Notes: generated by a model not told the origin, from the sequence alone. Positions 28,727 to 39,826 are shown, numbered from the stretch's first letter. The stretch is 64,000 nt of DNA from Blastocatellia bacterium (GCA_963765495.1 CAVXWP010000001.1:416001-480000), one strand, 5' to 3'. Numbers and translations: made by a program.

Positions 28727-30046
28727 ATGGCCATCACTATCACAGAAATCGAACCGCTCGATATTCGCTTTCCGACCTCGCGCACGCTCGACGGCTCGGA
28801 CGCGATGAATACCGATCCCGACTATTCGGCGGCTTATGTGACCATCCGCACCGACAGCCCCGACCGTCTCGAAGGGCACGGTCTGACATTTACAACGGGT
28901 CGCGGCACGGAGCTTTGCTGCGCTGCGGTCGCGGCGCTCCGCCCTCTGCTTATCGGCAGAACGCTCGAATCATTGACCGCTGATATGGGAGCCTTCTGGA
29001 ATCTGATCACAGGCGACAGCCAGCTTCGATGGGTAGGCCCGGAAAAAGGGGTCATCCACCTGGCAACGGCAGCCGTTGTAAATGCCGTGTGGGATCTGTA
29101 CGCCAAAGTCGAAGGCAAACCGCTCTGGAAACTGCTCGTAGACATGACGCCCGAGCAACTGGTCGCCTGCGTCCCTTTCCGTTATATCACCGATGCGCTC
29201 ACGCCCGACGAGGCGCTTGAGATTTTAAACCGCCACAAATCCACCAGAGCCGAACGCGAAGCCGAGATGCTCGAAGGCGGCTATCCGGCTTATACGACCT
29301 CGGCCGCGTGGCTCGGATATTCGGATGAGAAGATTCGTCAACTGCTCCGTGAAGCGGTACGAGAAGGCTGGTCTTACTTCAAGATGAAAGTGGGCCGCAA
29401 CCTCGAAGAAGACGCGCGCCGGGCCGCGTTGATCCGCGAAGAGATAGGCTGGGACCGCACCCTGATGATGGACGCAAATCAGGTGTGGGACGTGGGGCAG
29501 GCCATCGAGTGGATGAAGGAACTCTCTAAATTCAAGCCGCTCTGGATCGAAGAACCTACAAGCCCCGATGATATTTTAGGTCACGCCCGGATTGCCCGCG
29601 CCGTCTCACCCGTAGGCGTGGCAACCGGCGAACACTGTCACAACCGCGTGATGTTCAAGCAGCTTCTTCAAGCCGATGCCATCAGCTTTTGCCAGATTGA
29701 TAGCTGTCGGCTCGGCGGCGTAAACGAAGTGATTGCCGTCCTGCTTATGGCCGCGAAATTCGGCGTGCCCGTATGCCCGCACGCGGGCGGCGTAGGGCTT
29801 TGCGAATACGTGCAGCATCTGGCCCTGTTTGATTACATCGCCGTGAGCGCATCGCTTGATCGTCGCCACCTCGAATTCGTAGACCACCTGCACGAGCATT
29901 TCCTGCACCCGGTGGTCATTCGCGGCGGGCGTTATATTCCGCCGATGGAAGCTGGGTACAGCATCACTATGAAAGCAGAATCGCTCAAGCGATACGAGTT
30001 CCCGGACGGCGAAGCGTGGACGGAGCAGGTTCCCAACCATTCATAA
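28727..30046 (+). CDS. fucD: L-fuconate dehydratase (enolase superfamily, ENOSF1/rTS-beta-like)
   Basis: DIRFPTS..LDGSDAMN.DPDYSAAY, GPEKGVIHLA, KMKVG, DANQ.W, EEPTSPDD, ATGEH, VCPHAGG, VDHLHEHF. Confidence 0.92.
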   Translation: MAITITEIEPLDIRFPTSRTLDGSDAMNTDPDYSAAYVTIRTDSPDRLEGHGLTFTTGRGTELCCAAVAALRPLLIGRTLESLTADMGAFWNLITGDSQLRWVGPEKGVIHLATAAVVNAVWDLYAKVEGKPLWKLLVDMTPEQLVACVPFRYITDALTPDEALEILNRHKSTRAEREAEMLEGGYPAYTTSAAWLGYSDEKIRQLLREAVREGWSYFKMKVGRNLEEDARRAALIREEIGWDRTLMMDANQVWDVGQAIEWMKELSKFKPLWIEEPTSPDDILGHARIARAVSPVGVATGEHCHNRVMFKQLLQADAISFCQIDSCRLGGVNEVIAVLLMAAKFGVPVCPHAGGVGLCEYVQHLALFDYIAVSASLDRRHLEFVDHLHEHFLHPVVIRGGRYIPPMEAGYSITMKAESLKRYEFPDGEAWTEQVPNHS

Positions 30047-30068
30047 GGATTAAAAGGGAGAAGCGCCG

Positions 30069-31223
30069 ATGAGTAATCAGTTACAGGTGGCTTTAATCAG
30101 CGGCCCGGCTTACGATCCGCTCTACTCGTGCCTGCCTCAGTTCACAGAGTCTACCGGGATCGAGGTCAACGTAGCGTTTCGCGGCGATCACCCGGCGCTC
30201 AATCATCACCTCGCCTCGCTCGATGAAGTCCCTTATGATCTGGTCTCCACGCATACGAAATACGCTCCTTCTCAGTTGAATTTCCTCGCGCCGCTCGATG
30301 ATATAGTCGATCCGTCGTTGCTCGGTGATTTCGTCCCGGTCATTGTGAACCTGGCGCGTGTTAAGGATTCGCTCTACGCGATACCTCGAAACATCGACGT
30401 GCGGTTGCTTCATTATCGCGCAGATTTGATTCAATCGCCGCCCGCTACCTGGGACGACTTGCTCGAACTGGCGCGAAGGCTAAATTCGCCGCCCGAATGT
30501 TACGGCTTTCTTTATCCGGGGCGCGAATCGGGTCTGTTCGGCACATTTTATGAACTGGCGGAGATGGCCGGGGCCGCGCTTTTTCCCGACAGCCTCATCC
30601 CCGACATCGAAAACGAAGCCGGAAGATGGGCGCTCGGGTTGCTGCGCGCGTTTTACGCCGAAGGGCTCGTGCCTGTGGAGCTTCCCGAATGGCATTACGA
30701 TAAAATCCACGAGTGCTTTCGTGCCGGACGCATTGCGATGATGGGAGACTGGCCCGGTTATTACAGCCTCTATCGCGACCCGAATCTGTCGCGGGTTTAT
30801 GATCGTCTGGGGCTGAGCCCTTATCCGACGGGACCGGCGGGTAAATCGCTCGCTTACGGCGGGGGCCATACTTTTGCCTTAACAAAACGAGGCGTGACGA
30901 AACCCGAAGCGCTGAAGCTGTTGCTTCATCTGACCGCAGGAGAGCAGCAGATGCTCGAAGCTCGAAACGGCTGCGTGCCTGTGCGCAACTCCGTCATGCG
31001 GCAGATGCAGACGGAAGCAGACCCGGAGAACCGTTCGCGCCTGGCTATGCTTGAAGATGTGATTGCCCATCACCTGCTGGTCCCGCCAAAGTTTGCGCGC
31101 TACCCGGAGGTTGAGGAAGTATTGTGGCGCACCGTACAGAAGGCGATCCTCGGAGAGGCACCAGTGGATGAGGCGCTCCGACACATGAGAGAGCAGATCG
31201 AGCGCATCGTGCAAGAAGATTGA
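30069..31223 (+). CDS. Family-1 solute-binding-fold protein lacking a signal peptide
   Basis: LYAIPRNIDVRLLHYR.DL, PATWDDL and F..GRIAM..DW. An in-frame TAA at 30051 rules out an N-terminal extension. Confidence 0.75.
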   Translation: MSNQLQVALISGPAYDPLYSCLPQFTESTGIEVNVAFRGDHPALNHHLASLDEVPYDLVSTHTKYAPSQLNFLAPLDDIVDPSLLGDFVPVIVNLARVKDSLYAIPRNIDVRLLHYRADLIQSPPATWDDLLELARRLNSPPECYGFLYPGRESGLFGTFYELAEMAGAALFPDSLIPDIENEAGRWALGLLRAFYAEGLVPVELPEWHYDKIHECFRAGRIAMMGDWPGYYSLYRDPNLSRVYDRLGLSPYPTGPAGKSLAYGGGHTFALTKRGVTKPEALKLLLHLTAGEQQMLEARNGCVPVRNSVMRQMQTEADPENRSRLAMLEDVIAHHLLVPPKFARYPEVEEVLWRTVQKAILGEAPVDEALRHMREQIERIVQED

Positions 31224-31239
31224 AAAAGAAAGGCAGGCA

Positions 31240-32253
31240 ATGACGACAGGCTCAACAGAACAAAATAACACCCCGGCGGATAAGAGTTTTCTCGTCACGG
31301 GCGCGCACGGATTTATAGGCGCGTGGGTAGTCAAGCGGCTGCTTGCACAGGGTGCCCGCGTCGTGATCTTTGATCGCAGCGCGGATGCGCACCGCCTGCG
31401 CCAGATAATGAATGATGAAGAGATCAGGCAAGCGCAACTGGTCACAGGCGACATCACCGAAGCGACGGCGCTCTGGCCCGTGATCGAGGAGTTCGCCGTC
31501 ACTCACATCATTCATCTCGCGGGCTTGCAGGTTCCCAGTTGCAAGGCCAACCCCCGGCTCGGCGCTATGGTCAACGTCATAGGCACGATAAACGTTTTTG
31601 AAGCCGCGCTTGCCGCGGCCCCTCAGATAAGCAAAATCGTCTATGCCAGTTCCGCCGCCGTCTTTGGACTGATCGATGAAGATCGGCCCGTGATCGAGCG
31701 CGACGCGACCAGTCCGGCTACGCTTTACGGGGGCTTCAAGCGGTGCAACGAGGATAACGCCCGCGTTTATCATCTGGATTACGGATTGTCGAGCATCGGG
31801 CTGCGCCCGCTCACGGTATACGGCGTAGGGCGCGATTTCGGGCTCACAAGCGACCCGACAAAGGCCATGAAAGCGGCAGTGGCGGGCCGCCCTTTCCACA
31901 TACGCTTCGGCGGGCGTACCGATTTTCAATATGTAGCCGATACGGCAGACGCATTTATTCGAGCGGCGATTTCCGATTTAAGCGGCGCGCATGTTTTCAA
32001 CCTCCACAGCGAGGCGGTCCGAATCTCTGACATCGTGGCGGAGATCGAGCGAGTGCGCCCCGATGCAATAGGGATGATCACTCACGATGAAGCGCCGCTA
32101 CAGATACCGGCTGAACTCGATGACAGAGCCATCCGCGCGGCGCTTGGTGAGATGAAGGTGACGCCGCTTGACGAAGGCGTGCGAGCCACGATGAATCGCT
32201 TCGCGGAACTTCAAAGCGAGGACCGCCTCGATCTGAGCGATCTTGATACTTAG
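31240..32253 (+). CDS. NAD-dependent epimerase/dehydratase (extended SDR)
   Basis: LVTGAHGFIG, HLAG, SSAAVFG, YGGFK, LRP.TVYG.GRD. Confidence 0.88.
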   Translation: MTTGSTEQNNTPADKSFLVTGAHGFIGAWVVKRLLAQGARVVIFDRSADAHRLRQIMNDEEIRQAQLVTGDITEATALWPVIEEFAVTHIIHLAGLQVPSCKANPRLGAMVNVIGTINVFEAALAAAPQISKIVYASSAAVFGLIDEDRPVIERDATSPATLYGGFKRCNEDNARVYHLDYGLSSIGLRPLTVYGVGRDFGLTSDPTKAMKAAVAGRPFHIRFGGRTDFQYVADTADAFIRAAISDLSGAHVFNLHSEAVRISDIVAEIERVRPDAIGMITHDEAPLQIPAELDDRAIRAALGEMKVTPLDEGVRATMNRFAELQSEDRLDLSDLDT

Positions 32254-32387
32254 GTACGAATAATAGTGATTGTTAATACATTGGAAATAAAGTTCGTTTT
32301 CTTCAAGGTAGCGTATCCCTGCGCCTTTTCAGGGCGCACATTGAATCTGGAAAAAACTGAAAACCCCCGTTAGCCGAAGGAGGAACT

Positions 32388-33347
32388 ATGTCGAGAATCA
32401 AGCTTGCCGCGTTGCTGGTTTTAGCAGTCGCGCTCGGTCTTTCCGGCCTCTCGTGCCGCCGCCAAAACGATGGCAAGAAACGCATCGCCGTGATTCCTAA
32501 AGGCGTTTCCCATTTCTTCTGGCAGAGCGTACACTCGGGAGCCGAAGCCGCCTCGAATGAACTGGGTGTCGAAATCATCTGGAAAGGCCCGGCTCAAGAG
32601 ACCGATTACACCGGCCAGATCAACATAGTCGAAGACGCGATAAACCAGCGCGTGGACGGGATAGTCATTGCGCCAAGCCATCGCGACGCGCTTGTGCCAA
32701 TCGTAGAGCGCGCCCAGCGCGAAGGCATACCCGTGACCATCTTTGATTCGGGCATCGGCACTGAACAGTATACGTCTTATGTTGCGACCGACAATCATCT
32801 GGGCGGGGTAGTAGCGGCAGAGCGATTAGCCGAAAAACTCGGCGGCAAAGGCAAGGTCGCAATACTCGGAGTCAAGGCAGGCTCGGTTTCTACCGATGAG
32901 CGCGAGCAGGGCTTTCAGGAAACGATGAAGCAGAAATTCCCCGGCATTCAAATAGTGGCTTTCCAGTACGGCGAGGCCAACATGGCTCTCTCTTTGGACC
33001 GCGCGAGCGACATCCTGACGGCAAACCCTGACGTCAACGGATTTTTCGCCTCAAACGAATCTTCGACCGTGGGCGTTGTGCAGGCGATCAAACAGAAAGG
33101 GCTTGCGGGCAAGGTCGTGCTTGTAGGCTTCGATTCAAGCCCAAACCTCATCGACGATCTGAAGGCCGGGGCGATTGATTCGCTTGTGTTGCAAAATCCC
33201 TACAAGATGGGTTACGAAGCCGTAAAGACGATGGTCGCAAAGCTCAACGGCCAGGAAGTGCCCCGGCAAATTGATACCGGCGTGAAGCTGTTGACCAGAG
33301 ACAATCTCAATACGCCGGAAATGCAGCAGTTGCTCACCGGGCCGTAG
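32388..33347 (+). CDS. Sugar ABC substrate-binding lipoprotein
   Basis: Lipobox [30 protein letters not shown]. Confidence 0.9.
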   Translation: MSRIKLAALLVLAVALGLSGLSCRRQNDGKKRIAVIPKGVSHFFWQSVHSGAEAASNELGVEIIWKGPAQETDYTGQINIVEDAINQRVDGIVIAPSHRDALVPIVERAQREGIPVTIFDSGIGTEQYTSYVATDNHLGGVVAAERLAEKLGGKGKVAILGVKAGSVSTDEREQGFQETMKQKFPGIQIVAFQYGEANMALSLDRASDILTANPDVNGFFASNESSTVGVVQAIKQKGLAGKVVLVGFDSSPNLIDDLKAGAIDSLVLQNPYKMGYEAVKTMVAKLNGQEVPRQIDTGVKLLTRDNLNTPEMQQLLTGP

Positions 33348-33405
33348 CGACACGTTTTATCGTTCCGGGTGCAAATATCAACCCCTGATCCTGAAAGGTA
33401 CAAGT

Positions 33406-34908
33406 ATGTCCTCCTCAGGGCCGTTACTTGAAATGCGCGGCATCACAAAAAGATTTGCGGGCAACCTTGTGCTCGACGGTGTAAATCTGTCGGCTCAGGC
33501 GGGCGAAGTTCATGCCCTCGTGGGCGAAAACGGCGCGGGCAAGTCTACGCTGATGAAAATACTGGCGGGCGTCTACCCGGCTGACGCGGGCGAGATTTTT
33601 ATCAGCGGCCAGAGCACGCGCTTTCACACACCCGCCGATTCGCTCGCTCGCGGAATTGCGATGATCTATCAGGAGTTGTCGCTTGCGCCGCATCTGTCTG
33701 TAGCCGAAAACATATTCCTCGGACGCGAGCCGTTAAGTTTCTCGCCGCTTGGTATCATCAACCAGCGAGAACTCAACGAACGCGTCTCGCATCTTTTAAC
33801 CGAACGCGGATTCAAGCTCGACCCGCGCGCGCGGGTCGAGCGTCTCGGCGCTGCCGACCGCCAGCTGGTAGAGATCACACGCGCGACTCTCGAAGCCCGC
33901 CGCGTCATCGTGATGGACGAGCCCACATCTTCACTTACTACACGCGAAGTCGAAGAACTCTTCCGCTTGATCGGGGATATGAAAGATCGGGGGCTTGCGA
34001 TAATTTACATCTCGCACCGGCTTGAAGAACTCGATATGATTGCCGACCGCCTGACGATTCTTCGCGACGGTCGCGTAGTCTATACGGGCGAGTGGGGCGA
34101 AATTTCGACCGGCGAGATGATCCGTCACATGGCCGGGCGAGAGTTGACAGAGATATTCCCGCCGCGCCGCGCCACGCTCGGGGGGGCGCTTCTGCGCGTA
34201 GAGCGCCTGACACGCGCAGGGAGGTTTAGGGTTGTCAGTTTCGAAGCGCGAGCAGGCGAAATCTTAGGGATTGCGGGTCTCGGGGGCGCGGGGCGCAGCG
34301 ATCTTGTAGAAGCGATCTTTGGTGCTCAAGAGGCCGATAGCGGCGAAATCGAGATCGAAGGCGCAAGGCTCGATGCCTCGCTTCCAAAGCGTGCGGTTGA
34401 GCGCGGTCTCGCCCTGCTTACGGCAGATCGAAAGCGGACGGGTTTATGCCTAAATCTGCCGGTTGCCCGCAACCTCACGCTGGCAAACCTGCGGGCGCTT
34501 GTAAAAGGGTTGTGGGTAAATCGCAGACGCGAAATCGGCGCGGCTCGCCAGTACATAGAAAAGCTCCACATACGCCCCCCTGACCCTTTGAAAACAATCG
34601 GGCGAATGAGCGGGGGCAATCAGCAAAAGGTGCTGCTCGCGCGATGGCTTTTTGCCGACTCAAAAGTTTTTCTCCTTGACGAGCCTACGCGTGGCGTAGA
34701 CGTGGCGGCTCGGGCCGAAATCTATCGCGCCATAAACGGCCTCGCGGAAGCGGGCGCTGCCATCGTTCTGGTCTCATCGGATTTGCCGGAGTTGCTCGGC
34801 ATGGCAGACCGCATACTCGTGATGCGGCGTGGTTGCATGGTCGCCGAACTTGACGCGCGCGCAACCTCTCAGGAAGAGATTCTGAGACACGCCGCCTTGG
34901 AAACCTGA
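33406..34908 (+). CDS. Monosaccharide ABC transporter ATPase
   Basis: [31 protein letters not shown]. Confidence 0.93.
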   Translation: MSSSGPLLEMRGITKRFAGNLVLDGVNLSAQAGEVHALVGENGAGKSTLMKILAGVYPADAGEIFISGQSTRFHTPADSLARGIAMIYQELSLAPHLSVAENIFLGREPLSFSPLGIINQRELNERVSHLLTERGFKLDPRARVERLGAADRQLVEITRATLEARRVIVMDEPTSSLTTREVEELFRLIGDMKDRGLAIIYISHRLEELDMIADRLTILRDGRVVYTGEWGEISTGEMIRHMAGRELTEIFPPRRATLGGALLRVERLTRAGRFRVVSFEARAGEILGIAGLGGAGRSDLVEAIFGAQEADSGEIEIEGARLDASLPKRAVERGLALLTADRKRTGLCLNLPVARNLTLANLRALVKGLWVNRRREIGAARQYIEKLHIRPPDPLKTIGRMSGGNQQKVLLARWLFADSKVFLLDEPTRGVDVAARAEIYRAINGLAEAGAAIVLVSSDLPELLGMADRILVMRRGCMVAELDARATSQEEILRHAALET

Positions 34909-35066
34909 CAAACAGGGGCCGGGGGCCAGGGGCCGGTAATCACTGGTTAGATATGCACTTTCTCTTACTCATCTGAAATCTGATATCTCAAATCTCAGAT
35001 AAAGGGTTGGTAAGAGATCAACCAACTTACTTTACATGTTCTCAATCACCGGCCCCCGGAGAGACA

Positions 35067-36011
35067 ATGTCGGAACGAATCAAACGCTTTCTCCCCTTCG
35101 CCAGCCTGATCGCGCTGTGCGGATTGATAGCCGTGCTTGAGCCGCGCTTTCTTTCGGGCGCGAACCTCGCGGGCGTAGCGCGCCAGACCGCCGTGATAAC
35201 GATTATGGCGATGGGCATGACGGTCGTGATGGTGTCGGGCGGGATAGACCTGTCGGTAGGCTCGGGGATGGCTCTTGCTATGGTCGCGGGCGCATTTGCT
35301 ATGGTCGCGGGCGCGCCCGTGCTCGCAGGCATCTTTGTCTGCGTGGCGGTTGGGACCGTCTGCGGTCTGCTCAACGGAATGGCCGTCGCCGCGCTCAAGA
35401 TACCGCCTTTTATTGTCACGCTCGGCGCGATGGGCATCTTTCGCGGACTGGCCCTGCTTGTAACCGACGGCACGGCGGTCGTAGGCTTGCCCTCAAGATT
35501 CGGCTATCTTGCCGAAGGTAATCTGCTCGGCCTCATTCCCGTACCGCTTGTGCTCGTCTTTTTTGTCGCCCTGGCTACGCACTTTTTGCTTGCCGGAACG
35601 CGGGCGGGCCGTTACTGCTACGCGATAGGCAGCAACATCGAAGCCGCGCGCTACGCGGGGGTGGCCGTGTCTCGCTATCAGGTTCTTTTTTATGCGATTC
35701 TTGGGATGCTGACCGGGCTTGGAGGCGCTATCGAATCGGCGCGACTGGTCACAGGACAGCCTACGGCAGGCGAAGGCTACGAATTGCGGGTGATAGCGGC
35801 TGTGGTCATCGGAGGCGGTTCTTTGAGCGGCGGTCAGGGCACGGTCACAGGCACTATCATCGGCTCGCTGATTATGGGCGTGCTCGCCAACGGAGCAAAC
35901 CTGCTTGGTATATCTTCTTTCGCGCAGCAGGTAGTCATCGGTGCAGTAATCGTGTTAGCCGTGACCTTTGATGAATTCCAGCGCCGCCGCCTGGAAACCG
36001 CCGCCCAGTGA
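35067..36011 (+). CDS. Sugar ABC permease
   Basis: GGIDLSVGS, PPFIVTLG and YELRVIAAVVIGGGSLSGG. GGAG precedes ATG 35067. Confidence 0.92.
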   Translation: MSERIKRFLPFASLIALCGLIAVLEPRFLSGANLAGVARQTAVITIMAMGMTVVMVSGGIDLSVGSGMALAMVAGAFAMVAGAPVLAGIFVCVAVGTVCGLLNGMAVAALKIPPFIVTLGAMGIFRGLALLVTDGTAVVGLPSRFGYLAEGNLLGLIPVPLVLVFFVALATHFLLAGTRAGRYCYAIGSNIEAARYAGVAVSRYQVLFYAILGMLTGLGGAIESARLVTGQPTAGEGYELRVIAAVVIGGGSLSGGQGTVTGTIIGSLIMGVLANGANLLGISSFAQQVVIGAVIVLAVTFDEFQRRRLETAAQ

Positions 36012-36045
36012 TTTAGACCAATTTCCAGTCGCATATACGGCAAAT

Positions 36046-36154
36046 GTAGGGGCAGCCCGAATGAGTACATTTATTGTGGCTGCCCGAATCCGTCGTTAGC
36101 GATGATGGTCATCGCCCTTCGGGCGATCCGGGCAAGGACAAGCCTTGCCCCTAC
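36046..36154. repeat. GTAG-type REP doublet (family C)
   Basis: GTAGGGGCAGCC...CTTGCCCCTAC, nearly identical to 52098-52208. Confidence 0.85.
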
Positions 36155-36195
36155 ACTCATTCGGGAATTGATATAAGATTTCGACTGGTCGCCGT

Positions 36196-36906
36196 TTATT
36201 TGTGGAAGACCACGTTATCAATGACGACCGTGCCGTTTAGCGGCGTGCACTGATTGCAAGACACCGTGAAGGTCACCGAAGTCAGGTTCTTCAAAATGTC
36301 TTTCGCCGAGACTCTGTGCTCTACCCAGGAAGGCTGCCCCAGGGATTTGAACGGCACTTTATAGGTGTTGAACCCCTGCTGAACCTTGAAACTCATCTGC
36401 GGGCTGCCGCTCTGTATTTCTATGCCGTGCCCCTTGCTGATAAGTTCAACCACTATTGATTCGATGCCCGTCACATAAAGCTGGACCGTAAGATAGCTGT
36501 AATCGCTCAGGTCTTCGGCTCCGGGAACTCCGTCTTCCCACGGCTTCGCCTGAATTTCAACCCCGACCCCGGCATAATCATTCGGCGCTGATAGATGATA
36601 CTCGAAGGCGATAGCTCTGTTCGGGTCGTCTTTCTTTATGTGGACAAGCTCAGGAACGTTCGTTCCTTCCATTCCTTTGTAGGTGCATGGATTCGCGGGG
36701 TTCGCGCTGTAGGTCATCAATTGCACTGCCCCTCCCTGATTGCTCAAAGGGTGATTGTCCTTGACCGTCTCAAAGTCGGCATAAACGAATTCTTTAGAAT
36801 CCGATGCCGCTTTTTCAGGCGCGGAGCCGGTCGGCGCTGCTGCGCCTGCAAACGTGATCGAAAGAGCAATATAACAAAGGGGAAGTAAGAGCTTTGTGAG
36901 TTTCAT
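36196..36906 (-). CDS. Secreted protein, probable carbohydrate-binding beta-sandwich (CIA30/CBM11-like)
   Basis: Signal peptide; YADFE...YAGVG...DLSDYSYL...YKVPFKSL.QPSW...G.VVIDNV.F pattern. Lies downstream of the GH67 gene. Confidence 0.55.
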   Translation of the reverse strand: MKLTKLLLPLCYIALSITFAGAAAPTGSAPEKAASDSKEFVYADFETVKDNHPLSNQGGAVQLMTYSANPANPCTYKGMEGTNVPELVHIKKDDPNRAIAFEYHLSAPNDYAGVGVEIQAKPWEDGVPGAEDLSDYSYLTVQLYVTGIESIVVELISKGHGIEIQSGSPQMSFKVQQGFNTYKVPFKSLGQPSWVEHRVSAKDILKNLTSVTFTVSCNQCTPLNGTVVIDNVVFHK

Positions 36907-37049
36907 AGGGGTTCCTCCTTCTTTGGGCGTTACACCTTAGTTGTATAAAAATCTGCGTTTTGAGATTTGAATTTCAAATCTCAAGCATTCTGGCGCTGAT
37001 CAAAGAAAACCAGATGGTAAGAAATCAGCGAACCTTCTTTCCCACCCTT

Positions 37050-39623
37050 TCATTTGCCAGGGCTATCGTGAGCAGGCTCGATTTCAAGATAATCGACCGA
37101 AGCCGCTTCATCACCTTCGGCTGTCGCCTCTATGCGTATCTCGTCGCCGGGCCGCAGGGCGATCCCGCAAATCCTTCGCCGTATCGAGGAGTGAGAATCG
37201 GGCAGTTTCGTAGGCAGATGAGCGTCGGCAATCCAACTGTCGACAAGCTGGCCCGCGACATAAAGCTTGAAGGTTGACTGGCCGTCGTTTTCATCGAAAT
37301 ACTCTACGCCCAGATCGAACCAGCCCGCCTTCCCTTCGTAGCGTGAGCTTGCACGGCAGGGGCCGTCCGTGCGAGCGCACCTGATGGCCTTTGCGCCCGA
37401 CGCTGCCTCCCACGGCGTTATCTCTTCGCTTTCGTACCCGTCAAGACGCATGTTTTCGGCCTCGATTCGATTGGGAAATTTCCCGGCCCGGCCCCGGAGG
37501 TCGGCGATGCCTGATTTGCGCAGAAACCAGTTGCAGACCGAATCGCGCCACACGCGGGCGTGACCCGCCTGATACTCAAGGCGATCTAAAACCTCATAAT
37601 AACGCAATTCATCAATTCGGCCCTTGAGCGTCTTCCACTCCTCGACCAGCCCTTCGGCCTCCGATGCGCCTTCATAATGCGAATCGTAAATGTGCTGGAT
37701 CACGGTCTTGCCCGAATGCAGAACATGCGTATAAGGCACGTGATGCATAAAAAGCAACAACTCATCGGGGCAGGTCTCAAGCGATTCAAACACGCGGGCC
37801 ACGGGCGGGCGATACTGGCCTATGAAGCCGGTTCCCGTAGCCACGGTGCGGTCCATCCCTATGCCTTTTTCATCGGCGCGATGCCACTGTCCCCAGCCGT
37901 TGTATTCCGACGATTCGATTGCCGGGCCGTAATGGATGTTGATGATGTCGGTCAGCGTGCCTGCGCCGAGCGGCCCCGTGTATTTCTCGTATATCGACCA
38001 CGACCTGACGAGCATATCGCTGATGGTCTTCACAACCTGCGCGTCATCGTTGAAAGTTTGACGGGTCCATTCCCTTGCTATCTGCTCGCTCGAAAGATCT
38101 GGATTCCATGCCAGCCGCCCGAATCCGTAAAGATTTGCCACCGCCAGATGGTGCCCGAGCCAGTTGCGATCAAGCCCCACGTTTGAGACGGCTACAAAGC
38201 CCCCCACGGGGCGATTGAATGTCTTGCCCGCTACCAGTTGCTTTACAGGTGTGCCCGCGCCTTTTGCGTGCATGTCAAAGTCGAGCACCTCTTTCCACAT
38301 AGGTATGAGAAAACAGAGATGGCGTTGCTGGCCCGTGTATTCCTGAGTGATCTGGAGTTCGACCACCTGATTGGTATGCTCAAGCGCGCCAAAGAGCGGC
38401 GAGGCCGGTTCGCGGACCTGAAAATCTATCGGCCCGTGTTTGATCTGAAGTATTACATTGTCGTCAAACTCGCCGTCGAGTTTTTTGAAGTTGTCGTAAG
38501 CGGCGGCGGCGCGGTCGTTTTTCAGATTGCGCCAGTCCATGTGATGGTCATAGACAAAGCCGCGATAAAAGATAAGCCCGCCGTGAGGCTTGAGCGCGCG
38601 GGCGATCACATTGGCCGCGTCGGCGTGCGTGCGATTGTAAGCCGAAGGTCCCAACCGCCCTTCCGAATCGGCCTTCAGGACAAAGCCTCCGAAATCGGGG
38701 ATCGCGCTGTAGATTCCATCAACCGTCTTCTTCCAGAAATCGGCCACGCGGCGGTCTAGAGGGTCGAATGTATCGAGGCCGCCTATCTTTTGCGGGCTGC
38801 TGAAATCCACCGAGACGAAAAGCCGCACGCCCCACGGGCGAAAGACCTCAGCTATGCGCGCAATCTGCGGCAGGAATTCCGCCGTGATGACGCGGGGATT
38901 TGCGTTGACGTTGTTGATTGAGCAGCCGTTGATCCCCGTTGATGCCATCAGGCGGGCGTAATCGCGTACGCGGCTGAGATCAGCGACTACGTTGTTGTTC
39001 TCAAAAAAAATGGACCGCCCGGCATACCCGCGCTCAATCGTGCCGTCGAGGTTGTCCCAGTGATTGAGCATCCTGACGGGCGCGTAAGGGTTCTCTCTAT
39101 AGTCAAGCGCATCAACAGGCTCACCGAGATTGATCTTTCGGAGCAAGGCAAAAGCCGCATAGAGCGCGCCGCGATCATTTGCGCCTGAAACGATCAGGTA
39201 AGAGTGCCCGCCGAGTTTTACGGTCTTTAACAGAAAGCCGTCATCTTGTAATCCGTCATCTTGTAAGCCGGGCGCGGCGGCGAAGGAGGGAATCGCCTTT
39301 TTGATCTCGCCGGTTGTGCCGATCAGAATCGCGTCTTCTGAGGGGAGTTTTGTCTCGGCTCTGAGCGTTCTGCCGAGCAGGCCGCGCACCCCCGCGATCA
39401 TCTCTCCCTGCGCGGCCTTGATTACGATTGAATCCGACAGCGCGACTACCACGGCAGGCAAACGATCATATCGTTGCCGCGCGGTTTCATCCTCGATTGC
39501 CCGGTAGCCAAGCCATGCGTCGTAGCCGGTATCGAGCTTGCGACCGGCCGCCTCTGTTAGTATGCACAGGGACAGGCAGACCAGGACAGAAATCTGTAGT
39601 CTTGGAAGAGTGGTTTTTAGCAT
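37050..39623 (-). CDS. aguA: GH67 alpha-glucuronidase with C-terminal CBM-like domain
   Basis: RMLNHWDNLDGTIERGYAG, INNVNA, KADSEG, DFQVREP, ELQITQEYTGQQ, PDELLLFMHHVPY. Confidence 0.94.
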   Translation of the reverse strand: MLKTTLPRLQISVLVCLSLCILTEAAGRKLDTGYDAWLGYRAIEDETARQRYDRLPAVVVALSDSIVIKAAQGEMIAGVRGLLGRTLRAETKLPSEDAILIGTTGEIKKAIPSFAAAPGLQDDGLQDDGFLLKTVKLGGHSYLIVSGANDRGALYAAFALLRKINLGEPVDALDYRENPYAPVRMLNHWDNLDGTIERGYAGRSIFFENNNVVADLSRVRDYARLMASTGINGCSINNVNANPRVITAEFLPQIARIAEVFRPWGVRLFVSVDFSSPQKIGGLDTFDPLDRRVADFWKKTVDGIYSAIPDFGGFVLKADSEGRLGPSAYNRTHADAANVIARALKPHGGLIFYRGFVYDHHMDWRNLKNDRAAAAYDNFKKLDGEFDDNVILQIKHGPIDFQVREPASPLFGALEHTNQVVELQITQEYTGQQRHLCFLIPMWKEVLDFDMHAKGAGTPVKQLVAGKTFNRPVGGFVAVSNVGLDRNWLGHHLAVANLYGFGRLAWNPDLSSEQIAREWTRQTFNDDAQVVKTISDMLVRSWSIYEKYTGPLGAGTLTDIINIHYGPAIESSEYNGWGQWHRADEKGIGMDRTVATGTGFIGQYRPPVARVFESLETCPDELLLFMHHVPYTHVLHSGKTVIQHIYDSHYEGASEAEGLVEEWKTLKGRIDELRYYEVLDRLEYQAGHARVWRDSVCNWFLRKSGIADLRGRAGKFPNRIEAENMRLDGYESEEITPWEAASGAKAIRCARTDGPCRASSRYEGKAGWFDLGVEYFDENDGQSTFKLYVAGQLVDSWIADAHLPTKLPDSHSSIRRRICGIALRPGDEIRIEATAEGDEAASVDYLEIEPAHDSPGK

Positions 39624-39720
39624 TTTTATTTGTGCCCTCGCGCCGGATTATCTTAATCCATCATCGCGTCACAGAAAAGTTACATGATTAGTTTTCCCAA
39701 TATAGCAGGTCAGAATAGCA

Positions 39721-39826
39721 GCAATAGGCCGCGGATGACGCGGATGCGGCGGATTTTCGCGGATTAGATTATAAAGAGTCAGATCCGCGTAGACCCGCCG
39801 CATCCGCGTCATCCGTGGCCTATTGC
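39721..39826. repeat. Nonamer-periodic palindromic element (family B)
   Basis: GCAATAGGCCGCGGATGACGCGGATGCGGCGG...CCGCCGCATCCGCGTCATCCGTGGCCTATTGC. Confidence 0.85.
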
